A model generated the notes under the pieces. It worked only from the letters and a program-made list of their open reading frames with translations. It was not told the origin of the DNA and did no database searches. A stretch of DNA of 64,000 nucleotides from Kiritimatiellia bacterium (GTDB lineage Bacteria; Verrucomicrobiota; Kiritimatiellia; RFP12; DVOR01): NCBI GenBank assembly GCA_017558005.1, contig JAFYWN010000007.1, forward strand, positions 74,364 through 138,363, in the 5' to 3' direction. Of this stretch, positions 38,354 to 47,236 are shown piece after piece. Positions within the stretch are counted from its first letter, which is position 1, and each line of letters opens with the position of its first letter. The position numbers and the translations under genes are program-made.

Positions 38354-39201
38354 TTTTTCAGACCTTTCTTATCAGTTAAGAGGCGCTGGGTAACAAATAC
38401 CAGCACAAATGTCATCAAGAGGAAGATGACCGACAACGCATTGATTACAGCCGGCGTGCCACGGCGCATCGCGCTCTGAATGTAGATGGGCAATGTCGTA
38501 TCGCCTGCCCCCTTCACGAAGAACGTGATGACAAAATCGTCAATAGAAAGTGTAAATGAGAAGAGCGCACCTGCAATAATACCAGGCGAAATAATCGGCA
38601 GCGTCACACGGAAGAAGGTGTACAAACCGCTCGCGCCCAAGTCTTGCGCCGCCTCAATGACCGAACGGTCAAATTCTTGCAAGCGCCCCAATACCACCAT
38701 GGTCACATAACTCAAGCAGAAGGTAATGTGGGCAATGACAATCGTCGTCATCCCCAGCCCCATTTCAATGCCAAAGGTGCGTCGCATCCATTCGCCAAAG
38801 GTCGAGAGCACAATCTCAAAGAGAAGGAGCAACCCAATCCCTTGCAAAATATCTGGCACCACCAAAGGTGTGTAAACCAAAGCAGAATAGATGCCCTTCA
38901 GCTTATGCTTGCTTCGATGCAGCGCCAATGCCGCCAACGTCCCCAATAGGGTCGCAAAGAAGGTCGCAATCAACGCAATGACTAATGTATTTACGAGCGC
39001 ATCCCAAATTGCATTATCCTGAAAGAGGCGTTCATACCACTTCAGCGAGAATCCAGTCCATGCACCACCATACTTACTGGCATTGAAGGAGGCCACCGCC
39101 ACGACAATCAATGGTGTGTAGAGAAACACCAAAGTCAACATCGTCATAACGAACGGGAATCGGCTCCTATGAGTATAATTACGCATCGGCCACCTCCGCA
39201 T
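38350..39201 (-). CDS. potC: spermidine/putrescine ABC transporter permease
   Basis: 283 aa, 6 TM, with the EAA-loop motif IEAAQDLGAS. It overlaps potD by 4 nt. Confidence 0.88.
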   Translation of the reverse strand: MRRWPMRNYTHRSRFPFVMTMLTLVFLYTPLIVVAVASFNASKYGGAWTGFSLKWYERLFQDNAIWDALVNTLVIALIATFFATLLGTLAALALHRSKHKLKGIYSALVYTPLVVPDILQGIGLLLLFEIVLSTFGEWMRRTFGIEMGLGMTTIVIAHITFCLSYVTMVVLGRLQEFDRSVIEAAQDLGASGLYTFFRVTLPIISPGIIAGALFSFTLSIDDFVITFFVKGAGDTTLPIYIQSAMRRGTPAVINALSVIFLLMTFVLVFVTQRLLTDKKGLKK

Positions 39202-40048
39202 TTGCCTTGCGGCTCTTCAATTTGCGAATCCAGACCGTACCAATCAAAGGCAAGAACACCGCCATCATCAACAATGCCGAAAGTGCACTTGCATGGGGCA
39301 GGTTACGGTCATTAAAGACACGTTGTGCAATCTTATCGCCGACCAGTTCACTCGTGGGTCCACCCACCAAATCGGGAATCAAATACGCACCAAATGCAGG
39401 GATTAACACCACCATCACAGCCGTCCACACGCCCTTGGCAATCCCAGGGAAAAAGACCTTACGGAAGCCATAAAAAGAGCTTGCGCCCAAATCCTTTGCC
39501 GCATCCAAAAGCGAAAAATCAAATTTTTCCGCCACTGCATAGATGGGTAAGACTGCAAAGGGAATGTACGTATAAATCATCACCGTCAGCACGGCCCACT
39601 GATTGTAAAGCAATACCGTCGACTCATCGGCCAATCCAATCAGCACGAGCAAGTGCTTAAACACGCCATCCGAGTGCAAAAAGACGCGCCATGCGTAAAT
39701 GCGAATCAGAAAGTTTGTCCAGAACGGCACGATAATCAACATCAAGAAGACGTTGCGTAATTGCGATGACATACGCGAAAGGCAATAACTAATCGGAATC
39801 GCCACCGCAATGCACACCGCCGTTGCGACAATGCCCAACCAAAAGGTTCGCCAAATAATCAGCGGATAGTTTGGATTTCCCAATTCACACAACGTGCTTA
39901 ACGTCCATCCTGCCCCGATACCACCTGCAGAATCCACAGGCTTAAAGGTCAAAAGAAAGACAATCAATACCGGAAGTGCGTAGAAAATCAGCAACCAAAC
40001 GAACGTTGGCAAGCCGACAAAAAAGTTGGATGCTTTTTTAAACCACAT
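39179..40048 (-). CDS. potB: spermidine/putrescine ABC transporter permease
   Basis: 289 aa, 6 TM, with the EAA-loop LLDAAKDLGAS. It overlaps potC. Confidence 0.88.
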   Translation of the reverse strand: MWFKKASNFFVGLPTFVWLLIFYALPVLIVFLLTFKPVDSAGGIGAGWTLSTLCELGNPNYPLIIWRTFWLGIVATAVCIAVAIPISYCLSRMSSQLRNVFLMLIIVPFWTNFLIRIYAWRVFLHSDGVFKHLLVLIGLADESTVLLYNQWAVLTVMIYTYIPFAVLPIYAVAEKFDFSLLDAAKDLGASSFYGFRKVFFPGIAKGVWTAVMVVLIPAFGAYLIPDLVGGPTSELVGDKIAQRVFNDRNLPHASALSALLMMAVFLPLIGTVWIRKLKSRKANAEVADA

Positions 40049-40091
40049 GCGTCAGTACCTTCACTTAACAAGCGGATAAAGCTGAACCCTT

Positions 40092-41321
40092 TTAGGGCGT
40101 TGTTCCAGAAACCGTGGATGCCGTCGCACCTTCAGCGGTAGAGGCTGTTGCTGCCTCACTCGCATCAGGCGGAGTGGGCGCTTCTTCTTCCGTATCGGGC
40201 AACAACAAGAGATTTTCATCTGCTTCTGCATAGCGGTCAAGCATGTAAGCATTGTCTGCTTCAAAGCGCAACCACACATCGTCGCCCCAAGTGATTCGAC
40301 GTTCATCAAGCGCATAACCGTAGTGTTGCTTCACCACCGCCACGCGCCAATCGTTGACGCGCACCCAATAACGCGTATGAGCGCCCAAATAAACCACGTC
40401 CTCCACCTTGCCCTGAAGCAAGTTGGTATTCGGCTTGATATTTCCAGGCTTATCCAAGGAAATCATGAACTTTTCAGGGCGAATGCTGATATGCACACTG
40501 CCGCCCTCACGGATCTTCTTATCGTTGTAAAGACGCAACGTCGGGAAATCCTCGATTTCCAAATCGCAGTAATCCCCTTCCACACGACGCACCGTGCCAG
40601 GGAAGAAGTTTGTATCGCCGATGAAGGCCGCCACAAAACTCGTCTTCGGCGCTTCATACAACTCCGGAGGCGTGCCAATCTGCTCCACATGCCCCCCACG
40701 CAATACCGCGATATGATCGCTGATACTCATTGCTTCCTGTTGGTCATGCGTCACGAAAAGGAAGGTAATTCCCACGTCATCATGCAACGCATCCAACTCA
40801 ATCAACATACGCTGACGCAATTTCAAGTCAAGCGCGGCGAGCGGTTCGTCCAAGAGCAACACCTTAGGACGGTTAATCAACGCACGAGCAATCGCCACAC
40901 GCTGACGTTGACCACCCGAAAGTTGCCCAGGCTTACGATCCTCAAAGCCTGCCAACTGCACCAAATCCAAATAACGCGGCACCGCTTCTGCGATTCGCTT
41001 CGCGTCCATTCCGGCCGTCTTCAAACCAAATGCCACATTTTCCCATACACTCATATGCGGGAACAATGCGTAGTTTTGGAAGACTGTACGCACTTCACGG
41101 CGATTCGGTGGCAAATCCGTAATATCCACGCCATCCAAAATCACACGCCCTGAATCAGGTCGCTCAAAACCACCGCAAATACGCAGCAAAGTCGTCTTGC
41201 CACATCCACTCGGGCCCAGCAAGGAGAAGACCTCTCCCGCTCCAATCGAAAGTGTCACATTATCCAAAACGGTATTATCGCCATACCGCTTAGTGATATT
41301 CTCAAAACGCAGGATTTCCAT
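40092..41321 (-). CDS. potA: spermidine/putrescine ABC transporter ATPase with acidic/Ala-Thr-rich C-terminal tail
   Basis: Walker A GPSGCGKTT, signature LSGGQRQR and Walker B LLLDEPLAALD. The ATG at 41321 (MEILRFENITKRYG) is preferred over the track start at 41396. Confidence 0.9.
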   Translation of the reverse strand: MEILRFENITKRYGDNTVLDNVTLSIGAGEVFSLLGPSGCGKTTLLRICGGFERPDSGRVILDGVDITDLPPNRREVRTVFQNYALFPHMSVWENVAFGLKTAGMDAKRIAEAVPRYLDLVQLAGFEDRKPGQLSGGQRQRVAIARALINRPKVLLLDEPLAALDLKLRQRMLIELDALHDDVGITFLFVTHDQQEAMSISDHIAVLRGGHVEQIGTPPELYEAPKTSFVAAFIGDTNFFPGTVRRVEGDYCDLEIEDFPTLRLYNDKKIREGGSVHISIRPEKFMISLDKPGNIKPNTNLLQGKVEDVVYLGAHTRYWVRVNDWRVAVVKQHYGYALDERRITWGDDVWLRFEADNAYMLDRYAEADENLLLLPDTEEEAPTPPDASEAATASTAEGATASTVSGTTP

Positions 41322-41793
41322 CGTCCGGAACTCGCTCCTGTTAGAAATGAAAACGCACCCGTAATAAAGAGACCATCTCCCTATTACAAAGCACAAATCA
41401 TAACATAATTAGCCCCCTAAAAACGAATAAAATCGCATCTCCATAAATAAAAATATAAATAAAAAATTACCCCGCCCTTTTTTCACCCATTTTTTCAACC
41501 CTAAAACACCCTCAAAACCCCGTTAAATAGGCACTTTTAACAAACTCCATCTTCCGCCCAAGAGTTACCTTTTATTTTTCAAAAAATTACACATGCTCAG
41601 GCCAACCGCAACCGATTCATTTAGAATCCCTCTATTTGAGCCCCTCGCGCTACAAATTTTCTCGTTAAGTAACTCCCCACCATCCCACACATGGACTATG
41701 CCCACGAGCGCACCACGCCCCCCAGAAGGAATTCTCACTCACCCCACACATGGCATATGCCAACAAGAGTAGATCGCTCACAAAAAAGAGACT

Positions 41794-41995
41794 TCCTTAT
41801 CCCATGCGCAGCATGTGTCAGTCGGAGTACCACACATCGCAGAAAGACACGTATTCCACCCACACACTACTTGTGTCAGCAAACACACCACACACCATAC
41901 ACCACAGAAGGAAACCACCCTCCACCCCACGCGCTGCTTGTCACCATGCACCCCTAGCCTCTCCTTATCCCATGCGCAGCATGTGTCAGTCGGAG
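41794..41995 (+). repeat. perfect 34-bp direct repeat pair in a G-depleted tract
   Basis: TCCTTATCCCATGCGCAGCATGTGTCAGTCGGAG occurs at 41794-41827 and 41962-41995. Confidence 0.85.
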
Positions 41996-42060
41996 CGCGT
42001 GCGCTCCGCCCGTTCATCGGCTTTAGCCGTGGAAAAGCTTTTCAAAAAAATAATCACAGC

Positions 42061-42579
42061 CTCTTCTCCCCACATACACTAAAAGTGTAGCAAAGTCTTT
42101 CACGATTGTCAAATCGTCATTTAAGGACCCTCTAAAATATCGCAAAAAAGGCTCAAAATTTACCCTTCAAAACTAGCGAAATTGCAACTCAATTTCGCTA
42201 GTTTTGCTCCCCCAATTTCGCCAGTATTGGGATCCAATTTCGCTAATATTGACCCAAATTTTCTAGAGACCTCCCCCAAAAACGGGCAAATTGTTGATAA
42301 CTTTTCCTCCCCTCATGACCCATTTTTTCGAAAGGAAGCCGCTGTAGCGGAGTTGATTAACCCAATTTTTTGCACTATCTCTTTTTCCCTAAAGAAGTTA
42401 TGCATTTTAAGCCACCGTTTGATTTTCGCCTTAAAAATCGCCACCACACCGAATTTTTTCAGAAAACTGCGTCGAAAAACTTGCATTGTTGATAACTTGT
42501 TGATAACTCAAAAAAGTTTTCAACAGGCGAAAAATCGTTAAAATTTTCGAAAAAATGAACTTTTCGCGCAGGCGATTTT
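42061..42579 (+). repeat. copy B of the ~520-bp dispersed non-coding element
   Basis: Colinear with 21388-21908. The identical 53-bp core lies at 42485-42537. Confidence 0.85.
42168..42277 (+). repeat. iteron array B, including a 17-bp perfect inverted repeat
   Basis: The inverted repeat is CAAAACTAGCGAAATTG-caact-CAATTTCGCTAGTTTTG (42168-42206). Direct AATTTCGC-type copies start at 42191, 42214, 42236 and 42257. Confidence 0.8.
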
Positions 42580-42743
42580 GGCGCAAAAAACAATTTAGCG
42601 ACAAACACTTTACAAGGAAAATTTCCCCACGGATTTTCACAAACCTGCAAGCCGATAGAGGAACAATCCTCACAGAAGAAGGTACCCCACGACATTAAAG
42701 AAACTGTAAGCGCATAGAGAAAAACAAGTCATTTCACACCCTC

Positions 42744-42838
42744 ACGAAGGCACGTAGCGCACGCAAATAACGTCCATCAATAGCCTACGAATTTCCTGCA
42801 GTTGCAGTCTTACGAAGGTATGTAGTGCACGCAAATAA
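42744..42838 (+). repeat. 27-nt direct repeat pair (24/27 identical)
   Basis: ACGAAGGCACGTAGCGCACGCAAATAA (42744-42770) versus ACGAAGGTATGTAGTGCACGCAAATAA (42812-42838). All three differences are C/T. Confidence 0.75.
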
Positions 42839-42968
42839 AGCGTACATTATTAAGTATTGAAGGGAATTAAGAGAGGAATTCTCCTCCGTTTTAGCTCTCC
42901 TGCCCCTGTCTATTCGCATTTTACCCAATAAATTTTCAATTTATCACCGATTTATTTAGTCTGACGTA

Positions 42969-42998
42969 TTGACTTCTACCCCTTGAAAATGGGATAAT
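42969..42998 (+). promoter_or_regulatory. sigma70-type promoter candidate for the carboxyltransferase gene
   Basis: TTGACT (42969-42974), an 18-nt spacer, then TGGGATAAT with GATAAT at 42993-42998, about 57 nt upstream of the ATG at 43055. Confidence 0.4.
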
Positions 42999-43054
42999 AG
43001 TAATGTTTTAGACTTTAATTGTGCCAACACGATTTAGCCGAAAGGAAACTGTAT

Positions 43055-44914
43055 ATGGCCAAGACCGAAAAGAAGACCGTCCGTTTCGTCGATACGACGT
43101 TACGCGATGCCCACCAGTCTTTGTGGGCGACACGTATGCGCACCAAGGATATCCTTGGCATTCTGGAAGCCGTGGATGACGCTGGTTTCTACGCGATTGA
43201 ATGTTGGGGCGGTGCGACGTTCGACGTCTGCATGCGCTTCCTCCGTGAAGATCCGTGGGAACGCCTGCGCCAGATTAAGGCGGTTTGCAAGAAGACTCCG
43301 CTCCAGATGTTGTTGCGTGGTCAGAACTGCTTGGGTTACAAGCACTACCCGGATGACGTGTTGGATCGTTGCGTGGCAAAGATGTGCGAAAACGGCATGG
43401 ACATCTTCCGTTGCTTCGACGCACTCAATGACGTGCGCAACCTCGAAGCTGCTATCAAGGCAGTGAAGAAGTACGGCGGTCACGCTCAGGGTACGATTTG
43501 CTACACCTTCTCTCCCGTGCACACCGTGGCCAACTATGTGAAGTTCGCCAAGGAACAGGTGCAGCTCGGCATTGACTCGCTCGCCATTAAGGATATGGCT
43601 GGCATCTTGACGCCCTCTGCAGCCCGCGAACTCGTGACCGGCCTCAAGAAGGCGCTCCCCGACCTCCCCATCGAAGTGCACTCGCACATGACCTCTGGCA
43701 TGGCCCCTGCAATGTACATGGCCGCAGTGGAAGCAGGCGCTGGCGCAATTGACTGCGCTGTTGCAACGCTCTCTGGCTTCTCCTCCCAGCCTGCACACGG
43801 CACGATGCACGCCATCTTCGAAGGTCTCGGCTATGAAACCGGCATCAAGACCGACCGCATCACCGAAATCGACAACTACTTCAAGGCCCTCAAGCCCGAA
43901 CGTGCGCTCCAGGCAAATGCTGATGCAGAAGCCGTGGACGTGCAGGTGCTTCTCCACCACATCCCTGGTGGCATGATCTCCAACACCCGTAGCCAGTTGG
44001 CTCAGCAGGATGCTTTGGATCGCTTGCCCGAAGTGTTGGAAGAACTTCCTCGCGTGCGTAAGGATATGGGTTATCCTCCCTTGGTCACGCCGACCTCCCA
44101 GATCATGGGTGTGCAGGCTGTGCTCAACGTGCTCGGCGGTGAACGCTATGGCATGGTTTCCAACGAAACCAAGCAGTACGTCAAGGGTTACTACGGTCGT
44201 AGCCCCGCTCCCGTGGACAAGGCTCTCGAAAAGAAGATTCTCGCTGGCGAAAAGAAGATCACCTGCCGTCCGGCAGACTTGCTCGAACCTGGCTTGCCTC
44301 AGGCTGCTAAGGAACTCGATCCCAAGTTGATCCAGACCGAAGAAGACATCCTCTCCTACTGCATGTTCCCCGCTGTGGCGCTCGACTACTTCCAGTGGCG
44401 TGCTAAGCCCGAAGGCGAACGTGACCCGATTCCTGCTGACTCCGAAATGACTATCGCGAAGGCCGCTGCTAAGGCTGAAGAAGCCAAGGCCGCTCCCGCT
44501 CCTGCACCTTTGGGCGCAGATGATGCGAAGTTCGCTGTCATTGGTAAGCAGTTCGTGGCCCTCTTCGGCTCCCTCGGTGGCAACATCAAGGTGGACGCCT
44601 CTGCACTCGCAGCCGTCCCGACGACCGATGCCGCAGCCGCACCCGCCGCAGAAGCAGCTCCTGCCGCAGCCGCCGCACCCAAGAAGACCTTGAATGCTAC
44701 GCTCACCGGCACCTTCTACCGTTCTGACGCCCCCGGCAAGCCGAACATGGTGGAAGAAGGCGCTAGCGTGAAGGCTGGCGACCCGGTCTGCGTGTTGGAA
44801 GCTATGAAGCTCTTCAACCCGGTGAAGGCACCTGAAAACTGCAAGATTATCCGCTTCCTCGTGCAGCCCGGCGAGAACGTCTCCAAGGGCAGCCCGATTG
44901 CAGAAATCGAATAA
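43055..44914 (+). CDS. biotin-dependent carboxyltransferase subunit with C-terminal biotinyl domain (oxaloacetate decarboxylase alpha / pyruvate carboxylase subunit B type)
   Basis: N-terminal HMGL-like domain (VRFVDTTLRDAHQSLWATRM), an Ala/Pro-rich linker, and a biotinyl domain with VLEAMKLFN. The ATG at 43055 has SD AAAGGAAA upstream and is preferred over 43019. Confidence 0.88.
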   Translation: MAKTEKKTVRFVDTTLRDAHQSLWATRMRTKDILGILEAVDDAGFYAIECWGGATFDVCMRFLREDPWERLRQIKAVCKKTPLQMLLRGQNCLGYKHYPDDVLDRCVAKMCENGMDIFRCFDALNDVRNLEAAIKAVKKYGGHAQGTICYTFSPVHTVANYVKFAKEQVQLGIDSLAIKDMAGILTPSAARELVTGLKKALPDLPIEVHSHMTSGMAPAMYMAAVEAGAGAIDCAVATLSGFSSQPAHGTMHAIFEGLGYETGIKTDRITEIDNYFKALKPERALQANADAEAVDVQVLLHHIPGGMISNTRSQLAQQDALDRLPEVLEELPRVRKDMGYPPLVTPTSQIMGVQAVLNVLGGERYGMVSNETKQYVKGYYGRSPAPVDKALEKKILAGEKKITCRPADLLEPGLPQAAKELDPKLIQTEEDILSYCMFPAVALDYFQWRAKPEGERDPIPADSEMTIAKAAAKAEEAKAAPAPAPLGADDAKFAVIGKQFVALFGSLGGNIKVDASALAAVPTTDAAAAPAAEAAPAAAAAPKKTLNATLTGTFYRSDAPGKPNMVEEGASVKAGDPVCVLEAMKLFNPVKAPENCKIIRFLVQPGENVSKGSPIAEIE

Positions 44915-45155
44915 TCATTCCACCTGTCGCTGCGGCATCCGCCGTGGCGACTGGTTTGTCAGACATCCGTTGCGCGCAATTGTGCGGAACGGATGTTATG
45001 GCAAGAATTAACCCTTGCCAATGTGCCATTGACACCCACCTTTTGGCGTCAATGCACCTTAAACAAAAACCTTTTTTATCGCATCCCTTGCGATGGAATT
45101 GGTTTCAAAAACACCTTTTACTTCCTTGCCCCCTACCTCTTCTCCGGAGCCTTCT

Positions 45156-47171
45156 ATGTCAAAGAAGAACAAGCAATTCAACAAAACCTCCCCTTACGGA
45201 CAAGAGTGGTTTGATAAAGAATATACTGCAAAGGAAGTCTACAAAAGACTGTGGGGCTTTGCGCGTCGTTACAAAGGCCTCATTTTTACTGGTGCATTTC
45301 TCGGCATGGTCACTGGTGGTGCATGGGCACCCATCTTTTCTGTTGTGCAGCCGATGATTAACGGGATGCAAACGGCCTCTACTCAGACACAAACTGAAAC
45401 CACGGCCGCCCTCCCTGCCCCCACCGCAACGATTGAGACCCCCGCTCCTACAACTAACGTTGCCACCCCTGCCGCAGAGCCGCAGCAGAAGCTCTCCAAG
45501 TTGGAACGACAGAGCAAAAAAGAATCTGAAAAATATCAAAAATATCTTGATCTCATTGAAGAACAGCTTGCCAAAATCGGCATTACAGGTCCTAGTGCGA
45601 CATTGATGGTCTTTGCTTTGGTGGCGGCACTCGCCATCTCTCTTAAGATGGCTACGCAGTATTTGAACCAGTACTACCTTACCAAGGCGGGCATGAAGGT
45701 GGTGATGGACGTACGTAATGCTATGTTCAAACACCTTCAGGAGCAGTCGCTTGCGTTTCACGGTCGTGCTGACGTGGGCCGTCTGATGAGTCGCGCGACT
45801 GGCGACCCCGAAATCATTCGCACCTTAATTAGCCAGACGATGAGCGACCTCTGCCGTGCACCCTTTGAAATCTTAACGGCCGTTCTCTTCATCTGCTTCT
45901 TCGCAATCAAAAATAACATGATTTCCTTGCTTTTGGTTGCAATCATCGGCTTCCCGGTCTGCATGTTACCCATTGTTTGGATTGGTAAGCAAATCCGCAC
46001 ATGGTCAAAGCGCTTGATGGGGCAAACGGCAGGCATTACCTCGCGGTTCCATGAAAACCTCACCTGCATCAAGGTGGTCAAGGCCTACCATACTGAAAAG
46101 AGTGAAACGGCTAAATACGAAGACTACAACCTCCGTGCATTCAAGATTTGTATGCGCGCAACCCGTTGGAGCATCTTGGTTACGCCGTTAACTGAAACCG
46201 TCGCCTTCTTGTTGGCTACAATTTTCGTGGCCTACTGCCTCTCCACGGGTCATGGTCTCTCCGAAATTATCCCCTTAATTCCGCCCTTCCTGATTCTCTA
46301 CAAGCCGATGAAGCAGTTGGGCCGTCTCCAGGTAGCCCTCGAAAATGGACGCGCAGCCCTTCAGCGTATCTTCTCCCTGCTTGACGTCCATGAAGAACTC
46401 CAGGAAAAGCCTGACGCACAGACATTGGCCGAATTCAAGGAAGCACTCGTTTTTGATGACGTCTCGTTCGGTTATGACTCGAAGAAGGAAGATATCATTA
46501 AGCACGCCTCCTTCACGATTAAGCCTGGACAGATGTATGCCGTCGTGGGTTCCACGGGTAGCGGTAAGAGCACCCTTGCCAACCTCTTGGCGCGTTTCTA
46601 CGACGTCACTGATGGTAAGGTTACGATTGATGGGCACGACTTGCGCGACTATCGCATCGCAGATCTCCGCAACATCATCGGCGCCGTGACCCAAGAAGCC
46701 TTGTTGTTCAATGCCACCATCGCAGAAAACATTGCCTATGGCACACCGAATGCCACCCAGGAAGCAATTGAAGCGGCGGCGAAACTCGCAAATGCGCACG
46801 ATTTCATTGTGGCACATCCAGAAGGTTACCAACGCATCGCGGGTGAAAAGGGCTTTGTTTTAAGTGGTGGCGAACGTCAACGTGTGGCCATCGCTCGCGC
46901 CATTTTGCGCAATCCGCCTATCTTGATTTTGGACGAAGCCACCAGTGCGCTTGATACGGTTACCGAACAACAAGTTCAAGCGGCGATTAACAATTTGATG
47001 AAGAATCGCACCACGTTTGCAATCGCGCATCGTCTTTCGACGATTCGCCAAGCGGACTGCATTCTTGTTTTGGATCACGGCACCATTGTGGAACGTGGCA
47101 CACACGATGAGCTCTATGCTCAAAATGGTGTCTATCGCAAACTCTGCGACATCCAGAACCAACAGGCTTAA
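45156..47171 (+). CDS. MsbA-like ABC exporter (fused TMD-NBD) with enlarged first external loop
   Basis: Walker A GSTGSGKST, LSGGERQR and ILILDEATSALD, with a 6-TM ABC_membrane domain. The ATG at 45156 (MSKKNKQF...) is a likely start. Confidence 0.85.
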   Translation: MSKKNKQFNKTSPYGQEWFDKEYTAKEVYKRLWGFARRYKGLIFTGAFLGMVTGGAWAPIFSVVQPMINGMQTASTQTQTETTAALPAPTATIETPAPTTNVATPAAEPQQKLSKLERQSKKESEKYQKYLDLIEEQLAKIGITGPSATLMVFALVAALAISLKMATQYLNQYYLTKAGMKVVMDVRNAMFKHLQEQSLAFHGRADVGRLMSRATGDPEIIRTLISQTMSDLCRAPFEILTAVLFICFFAIKNNMISLLLVAIIGFPVCMLPIVWIGKQIRTWSKRLMGQTAGITSRFHENLTCIKVVKAYHTEKSETAKYEDYNLRAFKICMRATRWSILVTPLTETVAFLLATIFVAYCLSTGHGLSEIIPLIPPFLILYKPMKQLGRLQVALENGRAALQRIFSLLDVHEELQEKPDAQTLAEFKEALVFDDVSFGYDSKKEDIIKHASFTIKPGQMYAVVGSTGSGKSTLANLLARFYDVTDGKVTIDGHDLRDYRIADLRNIIGAVTQEALLFNATIAENIAYGTPNATQEAIEAAAKLANAHDFIVAHPEGYQRIAGEKGFVLSGGERQRVAIARAILRNPPILILDEATSALDTVTEQQVQAAINNLMKNRTTFAIAHRLSTIRQADCILVLDHGTIVERGTHDELYAQNGVYRKLCDIQNQQA

Positions 47172-47236
47172 TAACGACACTATCGTGCAATTATTCGCCG
47201 ATTACGTGATTGTTTCACCACACACCAAAGGTTGTT

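Noticed and set aside
40323-41153. 276-aa + strand ORF
   Set aside because: It is antisense to potA, which carries complete Walker A/B and signature motifs. This is a shadow ORF.
42182-42541. 119-aa ORF covering most of iteron element copy B
   Set aside because: The homologous copy A has no equivalent open frame. Conservation between copies follows DNA motifs rather than codons.
21388-42579. The two ~520-bp repeats as boundaries (att sites or LTR-like ends) of a 21-kb mobile element or prophage
   Set aside because: The interval holds housekeeping genes (rnr, rseP, ispG, hisD, hrpB, potABCD) and no integrase, phage or conjugation genes. The repeats are patchily diverged rather than short and identical, and no target-site duplication is visible.
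43100-43960. 286-aa minus-strand ORF
   Set aside because: It is antisense to the carboxyltransferase domain of the biotin enzyme gene. This is a shadow ORF.
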